Source: Paracoccaceae bacterium | GTDB taxonomy: Bacteria; Pseudomonadota; Alphaproteobacteria; Rhodobacterales; Rhodobacteraceae | DNA length: 36,531 bases | NCBI GenBank assembly: GCA_040383215.1 | Contig: JBEIDZ010000001.1 | Span: 1-36,531 of the forward strand | Reading direction: 5' to 3' | In this document: positions 16,622-25,599 of the stretch, piece after piece | Layout: each line of letters starts with the position of its first letter | Numbering within the stretch: the first letter of the stretch is position 1 | Translations under genes and position numbers: made by a program | The notes under the pieces: model-generated | Told to the model about the DNA's origin: nothing | Database searches by the model: none | What the model saw: only the letters and a program-made list of their open reading frames with translations

Positions 16622-18756
16622 GGCACGTTCTGGTTGCGCTGCTCGTGCTTGCCGGGCTTCCGGCGGCGGCGCAGACGGTCACATTCCGGTCCGGCAACCA
16701 TCCGGACTTTGCGCGTCTCGTGCTCGACATCCCGGCGGGAACGGCTTGGGACCTGGGCAGGACCGGGGGAGACTATGTGCTCGACCTCGGCCCGGGACAG
16801 GGGCTGACGTTCGATCCGGAGGGGATTTTCGACCGCATTCCGCGCGACCGGATTGCCGGGGTGGACATCGCCTCCGAACCCGGCCGGGTGGTCCTGAGGC
16901 TGGCCTGCAGCTGCCACGCCTCGGCCTTCCTGTTCCAGCCCGACAAGCTCGTCATCGACGTGGTCGACGGGCCGCCTCCTGCGGATTCCCCCTGGGAGGA
17001 CCCGGTCGCACCCGCCGTCGCGGCCCTTCCGCCCGTTCTCCCTCTGGTGAGCGGGCTGCCGCCGTCAGACCTGCTCTTTGAAGTGCCTTCCGGACTTCGG
17101 CCCGAAGGGCATGACCGGCTGCGCGACGACCTTGCCGCCGACATGGCGCGGGCGCTTGCGGCGGGGCTGCTTGATGCGCCGGAGGGGTGGACCGCAGGGG
17201 CCGACGAGCCCGCGCTGCCCGCTGTGCCCGGCCAGATGGGCGAAACCGCGCAATCCGCACTTCCGCCCGCGGCCCCGGCCGGGCCGGTGAGGCCCGGAGT
17301 GAACTTCATCACCGCCGACAGGCTGCAGCGGACAGTGCCGGGCGCGCGCGACATCGGCCGCAACGGCCAGCCCTGCATCCCCGAATCGGAATTCGACTTC
17401 GCAGCCTGGGGTCAGACGGGCGATTTCGCCAGCGATGTGGGCCGTCTGAGAAGCGAGATCGTGGATGCCGCCGGCGCCCTTGACGGGCCGTCGCTGACCG
17501 CACTTGCCCGGGCCTATCTGCACTTCGGCTTTGGCGCAGAGGCGCGCAGGACGCTTGACCTCATCGGCGAAGACAGTACCGCGATCCGGCATCTCGCCAT
17601 GCTCGCCGATCTCGTCGACGGCAAGGACGTGGTTCCCGGCGCCTTTGCCGACCAGGCCGGGTGCCTGACGGCGGCCACGCTCTGGTCTGCCCTGGCCGAG
17701 GGGTCGCTGGCCGGCCGCACTGCCGCCGAACGGACCGCGATCGAAACCGCCTTCCGCGTCCTGCCGCCGGGACCGCAGCAGGCGGTCGGCCCGCGGCTGG
17801 CCACGCTGTTTCTGGCCGCCGGCGATGCCCGGACCGCCCGCCTCATGATGGAGCGGATGCCGACCGGAGGCGTCCTGACCGAGGAAGCCCTTTCCGTCGA
17901 AAGCGATATCCTGCGCAGCGCAAGCTCGGCGGCGGCCGCGCGCGATACCCTGATTGCCGCGATCCGCGACGGCAGCAGGGCCAGCGCGGGCACGATGATC
18001 CGCCTTGTCGATGCGACCCTCGCCGCCGGGCTGCCGCCCGACCCCTGGATGGTCGACACCCTGGCGGCGCTGCGGTTCGAATACCGCGGCACCGCCTCCG
18101 AGGGGCCGCTTGCCGCCACCGAAATCCGCGCGCTCACGGCCGCCGGCCGCTTTGCCGAGGCGGCGGGGCTCCTCGGCGAGGCCGGGCTGCCGGTGACCGA
18201 GGCGGAGCGGGAGATTCTGGCCGCCGATTTCGCGACCGGTCTTGCGGCCCGGGGCAGCGACGGGGAATTCCTCGACCTGACCTTCGCGGGCAGCCTGACG
18301 GTGCCGGCGGGCGTGCCGGCGAATGCCGTCGCGGGGCGGCTGATCGACCTTGGCTTTCCCGATGTGGCGCTTGGCCTTCTTGATGCGCCGGGAGAGGGCG
18401 CCACGATGGGAGAGCGGCGGCGGCTGCGCGCGGCGGCGCTGCGTGCGCTGGGCCAGGAGGCGGAAGCAACCCTTGTTCTGGCCGGCATGCCGGATGCGCA
18501 GGACCAGCCCCGCGACCCCGCCCGTGCCTGGCGGAGCGGCGACTGGGATGCGATGACCGATGGCGGAGACCCGTTGCTGGCCGAGGCCGCTGCAGCCGTG
18601 CTGGAGGAGACACCCGCGCCGCCGGACGACGAAACCCTTGCCGGCCGCGCCGCGCTGATCGGAGCATCGGCAGAGACCCGCAAGCTGGCCGAAGCATTGC
18701 TTGACCGGTTTCCGTCGCCGGGCGGGGCGGAGCCTGTTCCGGTGTCGGCGAATTGA
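16618..18756 (+). CDS. Secreted 712-aa protein of unknown function (AMIN-like N-terminal module, Pro-rich linker, helical-repeat C-terminal region)
   Basis: The track ORF 15967..18756 overlaps motA out of frame. A credible start is ATG 16618, overlapping the motA stop (ATGA), followed by signal peptide MRHVLVALLVLAGLPAAAQ. Its stop is coupled to the start of the next gene. Confidence 0.75.
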   Translation: MRHVLVALLVLAGLPAAAQTVTFRSGNHPDFARLVLDIPAGTAWDLGRTGGDYVLDLGPGQGLTFDPEGIFDRIPRDRIAGVDIASEPGRVVLRLACSCHASAFLFQPDKLVIDVVDGPPPADSPWEDPVAPAVAALPPVLPLVSGLPPSDLLFEVPSGLRPEGHDRLRDDLAADMARALAAGLLDAPEGWTAGADEPALPAVPGQMGETAQSALPPAAPAGPVRPGVNFITADRLQRTVPGARDIGRNGQPCIPESEFDFAAWGQTGDFASDVGRLRSEIVDAAGALDGPSLTALARAYLHFGFGAEARRTLDLIGEDSTAIRHLAMLADLVDGKDVVPGAFADQAGCLTAATLWSALAEGSLAGRTAAERTAIETAFRVLPPGPQQAVGPRLATLFLAAGDARTARLMMERMPTGGVLTEEALSVESDILRSASSAAAARDTLIAAIRDGSRASAGTMIRLVDATLAAGLPPDPWMVDTLAALRFEYRGTASEGPLAATEIRALTAAGRFAEAAGLLGEAGLPVTEAEREILAADFATGLAARGSDGEFLDLTFAGSLTVPAGVPANAVAGRLIDLGFPDVALGLLDAPGEGATMGERRRLRAAALRALGQEAEATLVLAGMPDAQDQPRDPARAWRSGDWDAMTDGGDPLLAEAAAAVLEETPAPPDDETLAGRAALIGASAETRKLAEALLDRFPSPGGAEPVPVSAN

Positions 18757-19526
18757 CCGCAGGTCCGGACGTTATCCTGCGCGGGACAAGCCTGGCCGGC
18801 GGTCGCCCCCGGCCAGGCCGGCGGCGCATCCGGGACGCGGCAGCCGGCAGGCCAGGACTGCAGGCCGCCGTGGCGCTCTGCGCGCTGCTGATGCTGCCCC
18901 GCTCCGGCATGGCGGAGGATGCGGCCGGGCTCTGCCTGAGAGCCACAGCCGCCGCGGCGACGACCTACGGGGTGCCCGACAAGGTGCTTCTGGCCATCGC
19001 GCTGACCGAATCGGGACGCAGCGTGGGCGGGCGCTTGCAGCCCTGGCCCTGGACGGTCAATGCCGCGGGCGAGGGCCACTGGTTTGCCGACCGCGCCGGC
19101 GCGCTGCGCTTTGCACAGACCCTGGTCGCAGCCGGGCAGACCAGTTTCGACGTCGGCTGTTTCCAGATCAATTACCGCTGGCACGGCGCGGCCTTCGGCT
19201 CGGTCGAGGCGATGTTCGACCCTGACCGCAATGCCGCCTATGCCGCGCGCTTCCTGGCCGGTCTGGCTGCGGAAACGGGCGGTTGGTCCGGCGCGGCAGG
19301 GGCCTACCATTCCCGCACACCCGCACTTGCAGAACGATACCGCGCCCGTTTCGACGCGATCCTCGCCGGGCTGGGCGAGGGGCAGATCCCCGATCCGCCG
19401 CAACAGCGCGTGGCCCGGGACGATCCGCCCGGCCCCCGGGGCTACAGCCATCCGCTCCTGCAGGGCCGCGACGTGCCGCGCACGGCAGGGTCGCTTGTCC
19501 CTCTCGCTCCGGTGCCGGCGACATGA
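18753..19526 (+). CDS. Lytic transglycosylase (SLT domain), flagellum-associated by context
   Basis: SLT catalytic motif LLAIALTESG, and GCFQINYRWHG...AYAARFL...AYHS. Start is uncertain: TTG 18753 overlaps the upstream stop, and a signal-like LQAAVALCALLMLP follows. Stop overlaps the flhA start. Confidence 0.8.
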   Translation: MTAGPDVILRGTSLAGGRPRPGRRRIRDAAAGRPGLQAAVALCALLMLPRSGMAEDAAGLCLRATAAAATTYGVPDKVLLAIALTESGRSVGGRLQPWPWTVNAAGEGHWFADRAGALRFAQTLVAAGQTSFDVGCFQINYRWHGAAFGSVEAMFDPDRNAAYAARFLAGLAAETGGWSGAAGAYHSRTPALAERYRARFDAILAGLGEGQIPDPPQQRVARDDPPGPRGYSHPLLQGRDVPRTAGSLVPLAPVPAT

Positions 19527-21604
19527 AGGGGCTGTCGGTCCGCAACCTCTTCGAACCGACGGCGCTTCTGGCGCTCGCGCTCATGACCGTCATCGCGATG
19601 ATGGTCCTGCCGATGCCGCCCTGGATGCTGGATGCGGGGCTGGCACTCTCTTTCGCGCTGGCGATCCTGATCTTCACGATCACGCTCTTTGTCGAACGCC
19701 CGCTCGACTTTTCGACCTTTCCGACGATCCTGCTGGCCTCGCTCTTGCTGCGGCTGTCGCTCAACGTGTCCTCGACCAAGCTGATCATCGGCCAGGGGCA
19801 TACCGGGATCGACGCTGCCGGCCATGTGATCGAAGGCTTTGCCATGTTCATCATGGGCGGGTCGGTGGTACTCGGGCTCGTGATCTTCTGCGTGCTGCTG
19901 ATCGTCAACTTCGTCGTCATCAACAAGGGCGCGGCACGGATGGCCGAAGTCGGCGCGCGCTTTGCGCTCGACGCGATGCCGGGCAAGCAGCTTGCCATCG
20001 ATGCCGACATGGCAGCCGGGGCGATCGACCACAAGGAAGCCTCGGCCCGGCGCGAACGCGAACAGGCCGAGACGACCTTCTTCGGCTCGCTCGACGGCGC
20101 TTCGAAATTCGTCAAGGGCGATGCCGTCGCGGGCCTCATCATCACCGGGCTGAACCTGATCGTGGGGCTTGCGGTCGGGCTGTTCGTACATGGCATGCCG
20201 CTCGACCGGGCGGTGGAGACCTATACGATCCTCACCGTCGGCGACGGCCTGGTGAGCCAGATTCCCGCGGTGATCACCTCTGTCGCGGCGGCGCTTCTGC
20301 TGGCCCGGGGCGGGGCGAAGGGGGCGACCCAGGCGGCCATCGTCGAACAGCTGGGGCGCTATCCGGCCGCTCTGGCCACAGTGGCCGTGCTGATGGGCCT
20401 CTTCGCGCTTGTCCCCGGCCTGCCCTTCCTTCCCTTCATGGGCGGTGCGGTCATCCTCGGCGCCGCTGCCATCGCCGGCATGTCCGCGCGGGACCGCCGG
20501 GACCGCGCCGCCGCTGCCACGGCGCGCAGCGTGCCTGCCCCGCGCGATGCCACGCTGGGCGACATCCTCGACCTTGACGACATCCATGTCGAGTTCGCCC
20601 CCGATCTCGTGGAAATGGTGCTTGATGGTGCGACGGGCCTCGATGCGCGCATCGCCAACATGCGCAACCATGTCGCCACTGCCTTTGGGATGCTGCTGCC
20701 CGAGATCAGGCTGACCGACAACCCGGCCCTGCCACGGGGCACCTATGTCGTCAGGGTGCAGGGGGTCGAACAGGCGCGCGATGCCCTGCGCCCGGGGCAG
20801 CTTCTGGTACTGGCCTCGGGCAGCACCCCGCTGCCCGGAGAGGAAGTTCGCGAACCTGTCTATGGTGCGCCGGCAAGCTGGATCGCTCCCGAAGACCGCG
20901 ACGAGGCGGCCCTGCGCGGCCTGACCGTCGTCACGCCGCCCGAGGTGCTGGCGACCCATCTCCTGGAAGTGATCAAGCGCAACCTGTCGCGGCTCCTGTC
21001 GCTCAGGGTGTTGCGGCGCATCCTTGACGAGATGCTGAACCTGTCCGACAGCCGCCGGGTCGAGATGAACCGGCGGATGCTCGAGGAACTCGTGCCCGAG
21101 CGGGTGCCTCTGGACCTGCTCCTCGGCGTGCTTCGGCTGCTGCTCGACGAGCGGGTCTCGATCCGCAACATGCCGCTCATCCTCGAGGCGGTGGCCGAGG
21201 GGCGCACGGTGCATTCCACCGCCGAAGGTGTGGCCGACCACGTGCGCCAGCGGCTGGGCTTCCAGCTGGTCGCCGAACTGCGCCGGCCGGACGGAAGCAT
21301 CCCTCTGATCCAGCTTGCGCCGGACTGGGAAAAGACCTTTTCCGCCTATCAGCTCGGGACCGACCGGACCGGGGGGGAAATCGCCCTGCCCCCCGAGGAT
21401 TTCAACCGCCTGGCCAATGGCCTGGCCGACCGGATCGCCCGCGCGGCAGAGGCCGGGGCGCATGCGGCCGTGGTCACGTCGAGCCGCCGGCGCCGGTTCC
21501 TGCGGACGGTCATGGCCGCCAAGGGGCTGCCCAATCCGGTCCTCTCCTTCGAGGAGATCGGCGTTGATGCCCGGCCCGCGCTGGTCGGTGTGGTGGCGGC
21601 ATGA
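19523..21604 (+). CDS. flhA: Flagellar export apparatus protein FlhA
   Basis: Start placed at ATG 19523 (the track ORF from 19283 is an upstream extension). Has LALALMTVIAMMVLPMPPWMLDAGLALSFALAILIF, FPTILLASLLLRLSLNVSSTKLI, GDGLVSQIPA and a large cytoplasmic C-domain. 693 aa. Confidence 0.95.
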   Translation: MKGLSVRNLFEPTALLALALMTVIAMMVLPMPPWMLDAGLALSFALAILIFTITLFVERPLDFSTFPTILLASLLLRLSLNVSSTKLIIGQGHTGIDAAGHVIEGFAMFIMGGSVVLGLVIFCVLLIVNFVVINKGAARMAEVGARFALDAMPGKQLAIDADMAAGAIDHKEASARREREQAETTFFGSLDGASKFVKGDAVAGLIITGLNLIVGLAVGLFVHGMPLDRAVETYTILTVGDGLVSQIPAVITSVAAALLLARGGAKGATQAAIVEQLGRYPAALATVAVLMGLFALVPGLPFLPFMGGAVILGAAAIAGMSARDRRDRAAAATARSVPAPRDATLGDILDLDDIHVEFAPDLVEMVLDGATGLDARIANMRNHVATAFGMLLPEIRLTDNPALPRGTYVVRVQGVEQARDALRPGQLLVLASGSTPLPGEEVREPVYGAPASWIAPEDRDEAALRGLTVVTPPEVLATHLLEVIKRNLSRLLSLRVLRRILDEMLNLSDSRRVEMNRRMLEELVPERVPLDLLLGVLRLLLDERVSIRNMPLILEAVAEGRTVHSTAEGVADHVRQRLGFQLVAELRRPDGSIPLIQLAPDWEKTFSAYQLGTDRTGGEIALPPEDFNRLANGLADRIARAAEAGAHAAVVTSSRRRRFLRTVMAAKGLPNPVLSFEEIGVDARPALVGVVAA

Positions 21605-22377
21605 CGGCATCGCTGGCCGGGCTGGCCGACTGGGTCTATGCCCAGGCCTGGATCGGCTTTGCCGTGCTGCTGCGGGTCGGGGCGATGATGGCGCTGCTGC
21701 CGGCCTTCGGCGAACAGGCCGTGCCGGCGCGGGTCAAGATCGCGGTCACGCTGGCCGCCACGCTGGTGGTCGCCCCGGCGCTGGCGCCGCTGATCGGGGC
21801 GATGCCGCAGGCGCCAGCCGCGCTTGGCGTGGTCCTGCTGTCCGAGGTATCGACCGGCCTGCTCTTCGGCCTGCTGCTGCGCCTTTCGGTCATGGCGCTC
21901 GCAACCGCGGGTGCCCTGATCGCGCAGGGGCTGTCCCTGGCGCAGATGTTCGGGGCCGGCCCTGCGGCCGAACCCCTTCCGGTCTTCAGCCACCTGCTTG
22001 TCGGCGCGGGCCTTGCCCTGGCCGCGGTGCTTGGCCTGCATGTGCAGGCGGTGGGTTACATCATCGGCAGCTACGGTCCGGTCCCCTTCGGTGCGGGATT
22101 GACCGGTGAGATCGCGCTTGCCGAAGTCGTCAGGGGGATCGCGGCCTGCTTTGGCACGGCGCTGAGCTTGGCCGCACCCTTCCTGATCGCCACGCTGGTC
22201 TACAACCTCGCCATCGGGGCGATCAACCGCGCGATGCCCCAGCTCATGGTCACCTTCATCGGCGCACCGCTGCTGACAGCCGGGGGGCTGGCGCTTCTGT
22301 GCGTTGCCGCACCGGCAGGTCTCGCCGCCTGGGCCGATCTTCTGGCCCGGATGATCGCCGGCACGGGTGTCCCGTGA
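21601..22377 (+). CDS. fliR: Flagellar export apparatus protein FliR
   Basis: 258-aa polytopic membrane protein (FAVLLRVGAMMALLPAFGE...) between flhA and flhB. ATGA overlap with the flhA stop. Confidence 0.9.
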   Translation: MTASLAGLADWVYAQAWIGFAVLLRVGAMMALLPAFGEQAVPARVKIAVTLAATLVVAPALAPLIGAMPQAPAALGVVLLSEVSTGLLFGLLLRLSVMALATAGALIAQGLSLAQMFGAGPAAEPLPVFSHLLVGAGLALAAVLGLHVQAVGYIIGSYGPVPFGAGLTGEIALAEVVRGIAACFGTALSLAAPFLIATLVYNLAIGAINRAMPQLMVTFIGAPLLTAGGLALLCVAAPAGLAAWADLLARMIAGTGVP

Positions 22378-23450
22378 GCGAGGACAGCGCCGAAGGCGAC
22401 AAGAGTTATGAGCCGACCGAGCGCAAGCTCCAGGAGGCGCGGCGCAGGGGAGAGCTTCCCTATTCCGCCGATCTGGTGACGGCCGCCGGCTATGCCGGAC
22501 TAGCCGGCTTCGCCGCGCTTGGCGGTGCCGCGGCGCTGGCCGCCGCCGGAGCCGTGCTGCAGGGCCTGCTGGAACAGGGCCTGCGCGGCGGGAGCTCGCC
22601 CCAAGAGGCCGGGCGTCTTCTGCGCGAAGGGCTGCTCGCGCTCGCCCTGCCGGTTGCGGGCTGGTTTGCCGTGCCGGCGGCGGTCGCGCTGCTCGCCGTC
22701 CTCGCCCAGGGCGGGCAGGTCTTTGCGCTGACGCGGATCGAACCGGCCTGGCACAAGGTCTCTCCGCTCGCGGCGCTGCGGCAGAAATTCGGCGCGGCAG
22801 GCCTGGTCGAATTCCTCAAGGGGATCGTCAAGTCCACCCTCATCGCCATCGTGCTGGGCCTCTATCTGGTGCAGAGGCTGCCCGACATCATCGCAGCCGT
22901 CGCGCTTGATCCGCGGCAGGTCACGGTCGCCATGTTCAGCGCCGTGGTCGATGTCGCGCTCCTCGCCTCGGCCGTGGCGCTGGTGATCGGACTCTTCGAT
23001 CTGGTCTGGCAGCGGGTGCACCACATCATGCGACAGCGGATGTCGCGCAAGGAACTCGAAGACGAGTTGCGCGATACGGAAGGCGACCCGAAACTGAAGG
23101 GCCAGCGCCGGCAGGCCGCGATCGCCATCGCCATGAACCAGGCTGCCGCGGCCGTGCCCAAGGCCGATGTGGTGATCGTCAACCCGACCCATTATGCCGT
23201 CGCCCTCGCCTGGGAACGGGGCGGCGGGAGGGCCCCTGTCTGCATCGCCAAGGGGGTGGACGAGGTTGCCCTGCAGATCCGGCGGATCGCGGCCGAAGCG
23301 GGGGTGCCCCTGCGCTCGGATCCACCGACGGCGCGGGCGCTGCACGCCGCGGTCGCGGTCGGCGCGGAGATTCCGCGCAGTCATTTCCGCGCGGTCGCCG
23401 CGGCGATCCGCTTTGCGGACAAGGTCAGGCAAAGGCAGCGCGGCCGATGA
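22374..23450 (+). CDS. flhB: Flagellar export switch protein FlhB
   Basis: Start placed at GTG 22374, overlapping the fliR stop. Has KSYEPTERKLQEARRRGELPYS, four TM helices, and the autocleavage motif VIVNPTHYAVAL. Confidence 0.93.
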   Translation: MSEDSAEGDKSYEPTERKLQEARRRGELPYSADLVTAAGYAGLAGFAALGGAAALAAAGAVLQGLLEQGLRGGSSPQEAGRLLREGLLALALPVAGWFAVPAAVALLAVLAQGGQVFALTRIEPAWHKVSPLAALRQKFGAAGLVEFLKGIVKSTLIAIVLGLYLVQRLPDIIAAVALDPRQVTVAMFSAVVDVALLASAVALVIGLFDLVWQRVHHIMRQRMSRKELEDELRDTEGDPKLKGQRRQAAIAIAMNQAAAAVPKADVVIVNPTHYAVALAWERGGGRAPVCIAKGVDEVALQIRRIAAEAGVPLRSDPPTARALHAAVAVGAEIPRSHFRAVAAAIRFADKVRQRQRGR

Positions 23451-23833
23451 GACGGGCGGACTGGCGCGACATCAATGCCCTCTTCGAGCTTGCCCGCCAG
23501 GCCCGGGAAACGCGGCTGGCCGAATGGCGGCGGCGCGAGGCCGAAATCGAAGACGGCCTTGCCCGCATCAGCGCGGCCGGAGCGGAAGGGACCACCGAAG
23601 ACGAGGTGATGCGCCGCGCCGGTGCCGATCTGCGCTGGCAGGCTTGGTGCGATGCCCGGCGGACCGCGCTGCTGGGCCAGCTGGCGCAGGTCCGGTACCG
23701 CCGGGCCGCCGCCGAGGAGGACCTGCGCAAGGCGGCGCGCCGGACCATCGCCACCGCGGCCGTGCTGCGGACAGAGGAAAAGGCGGCGGCCCGGCTGCGC
23801 GACAGCCGGGCCGAACGGGAAGGGCGGGACTGA
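23447..23833 (+). CDS. Hypothetical Arg/Ala/Glu-rich coiled-coil protein (128 aa), possible FliJ-like component
   Basis: ATG 23447 overlaps the flhB stop (ATGA). Composition is entirely helical and charged. No fliJ is identifiable elsewhere in the window. Confidence 0.6.
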   Translation: MRRADWRDINALFELARQARETRLAEWRRREAEIEDGLARISAAGAEGTTEDEVMRRAGADLRWQAWCDARRTALLGQLAQVRYRRAAAEEDLRKAARRTIATAAVLRTEEKAAARLRDSRAEREGRD

Positions 23834-23907
23834 GAGCCTGCCCGCCGGTAACCCCGGCGCCGGCCGGCCCGGCGCGCGCCCCGGCGCCCTGCCCGGACCG
23901 GACCGGA

Positions 23908-24417
23908 TCAGACCTCCTGGCGGACGATATCGACGATCAGCACGTTGCGCGCACTTTCGCCAAGCACATCGCGGGCGGCCACATTCAGCGCCAGCCGGAG
24001 GCTCCGCATCGGTTCGGTTGCCGTAAAGGTGCCGTCGAACCCGCCGGTATTGGCGTGATCGAAAAGAACCTGAAGAAAGGCATCCCGCAGGCGCGGCTCA
24101 GAGGCGAGGACAGCCTCCTCTTCGCCCTGGGGGATTTCGAGGCTGACCGAGATCACCACCAGCGCAGACACGCTGTCATCGTCGAGAAGCGGGACCACGA
24201 ACTGGTTGCCAAGCGGCACGAAGACCGATGGCGTGGCGTGCAGGGGCAGCGCCTCCTCGCCGTGGCCGCCCTCTCCGGCGGTGGCCGGCTCGGGGCAGGC
24301 CGCCGCCGCATCGGCCGTCTCGGCGGCGGGGGGAGGCGGCAGGACGAAGAGGCCGACGCCCGCACCCGCTGCGGTGCCGAGAATCAGGAAGAGGAGCGGC
24401 AGGATGAGCTTCTTCAC
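23908..24417 (-). CDS. FliL-family basal-body-associated protein (second paralogue)
   Basis: GTG 24417 with GGAGGA 4 nt upstream. TM helix KKLILPLLFLILGTAAGAGVGLF, Pro/Ala linker, then FVPLGNQFVVPL...VVISVSLE...LRDAFLQVLF...VLIVDIV, typical of FliL. Confidence 0.8.
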   Translation of the reverse strand: MKKLILPLLFLILGTAAGAGVGLFVLPPPPAAETADAAAACPEPATAGEGGHGEEALPLHATPSVFVPLGNQFVVPLLDDDSVSALVVISVSLEIPQGEEEAVLASEPRLRDAFLQVLFDHANTGGFDGTFTATEPMRSLRLALNVAARDVLGESARNVLIVDIVRQEV

Positions 24418-24429
24418 GGGATCCTCCGG

Positions 24430-25164
24430 TCAGAAGGGCAGGACGGATTCGGCCGCCTGCTGGCCGTAACGGGGCTGCTGCATGTCGCTGATCTGCCCCC
24501 GTCCGCCGTAGGAAATCCGGGCCGAGGCGATCTTGTCATAGGTGATCTCGTTCTGGCGGCTGATGTCGGCGGGGCGGACATAACCGGTGACCAGAAGCTC
24601 GCGCAGTTCGAAATTGACCCGGACCTCCTGTGTCCCGGCAATCTCGAGCACCCCGTTCGGCAGCACGTCGACGATTGTCGCTGCAACCCGGAGCTCGAGC
24701 TGTTCATTGCGGCTGACCGAACCTGCGCCGTTGAACTGGGACGACGATCCGAGGTCGACGGCAGGATCGACCGTCGCTCCCTCGGGCAGGCGGTCCTGAA
24801 GCCGCTGCGGCACACCGAACAGCTGCGGCAGCGACATTTCCTGGCTGCCGCTGCGGGACCGGTCGGTGGTGTTGCTGATCTGGGCGCTGTCGTCGATCTC
24901 GATCACCACGGTGAGGATATCGCCGCGATTGATCGCGCGCCGGTCACCCAGAAGCGATTCGCGGTCGCCGGTCCAGAGCGAGGCCATCGCCACCTCGGCC
25001 GGCTGGGCGGGCGGCAGGATGTCGCGCGGGATGCCGTCGGTCATCATGGCCTGGAAATCCTGGCCCGCCCGCGGAGAGTTGAAGTCGGGCGCCCGCCCGA
25101 TGGGCGACCCCGGAGTACAGCCGGCAAGGGCCGCAAGGCAGGCCAGGGCAGGAAGATGACGCAT
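24430..25164 (-). CDS. flgH: Flagellar L-ring lipoprotein FlgH
   Basis: Lipobox LAALAGC. Has SLWTGDRESLLGDRRAINRGDILTVVI and LRVAATIVDVLPNGVLEIAGTQEVRVN...ISYGGRG. Confidence 0.95.
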   Translation of the reverse strand: MRHLPALACLAALAGCTPGSPIGRAPDFNSPRAGQDFQAMMTDGIPRDILPPAQPAEVAMASLWTGDRESLLGDRRAINRGDILTVVIEIDDSAQISNTTDRSRSGSQEMSLPQLFGVPQRLQDRLPEGATVDPAVDLGSSSQFNGAGSVSRNEQLELRVAATIVDVLPNGVLEIAGTQEVRVNFELRELLVTGYVRPADISRQNEITYDKIASARISYGGRGQISDMQQPRYGQQAAESVLPF

Positions 25165-25179
25165 CGCGCGCTCCTTGGT

Positions 25180-25599
25180 TCAGCGGGAGACGTAGGCCAC
25201 GCCATCGGCGCCGATCCGTGCGGTCACCGTGTTGCGTGAGGCGAGATTCATCACGCGGATCAGATCGCCCGGGCCGGCGCGGTCAAGCGCGCGGCCTTCG
25301 GTCGTGATGTGGAGATTTCCCGCGGCATAGACGAGCGGCACGATCGCGTTGCGCTCGACCGTTGCCGGGAGAGAGAGATCGCCGGGCAGGATCGGGCGTC
25401 CAGGAAAGAGGGCAACGCGTGCCTCCATCCCGATCACGGCATCGGGATCGGTGAGCGCGCCCGGTACGATCAGGTCGCTGGTCTGGATGTCGGCGGGCGT
25501 GATCACGCTTTGCGCCGGAATCGTGCGCACGGGGACAAGCGTTTCGGCCCTGGCCGGAACGACCGCGGCACAGAGGAGAAGGGCGGCCCGCAGGATCAT
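25180..25599 (-). CDS. flgA: Flagellar P-ring assembly chaperone FlgA
   Basis: Signal peptide, then SAF/FlgA-type pattern (R.I.AQSVITPADI ... AR.ALFPGRPI ... GDLIRVMN..S...V.A.I). Start overlaps the flgG stop. Confidence 0.85.
   Translation of the reverse strand: MILRAALLLCAAVVPARAETLVPVRTIPAQSVITPADIQTSDLIVPGALTDPDAVIGMEARVALFPGRPILPGDLSLPATVERNAIVPLVYAAGNLHITTEGRALDRAGPGDLIRVMNLASRNTVTARIGADGVAYVSR

Noticed and set aside
17514-21610. Two long minus-strand ORFs (645 aa and 722 aa) antisense to orf712, slt and flhA
   Set aside because: Low-complexity Arg/Pro/Ala/Gly composition. The opposite strand encodes unmistakable FlhA and SLT motifs.
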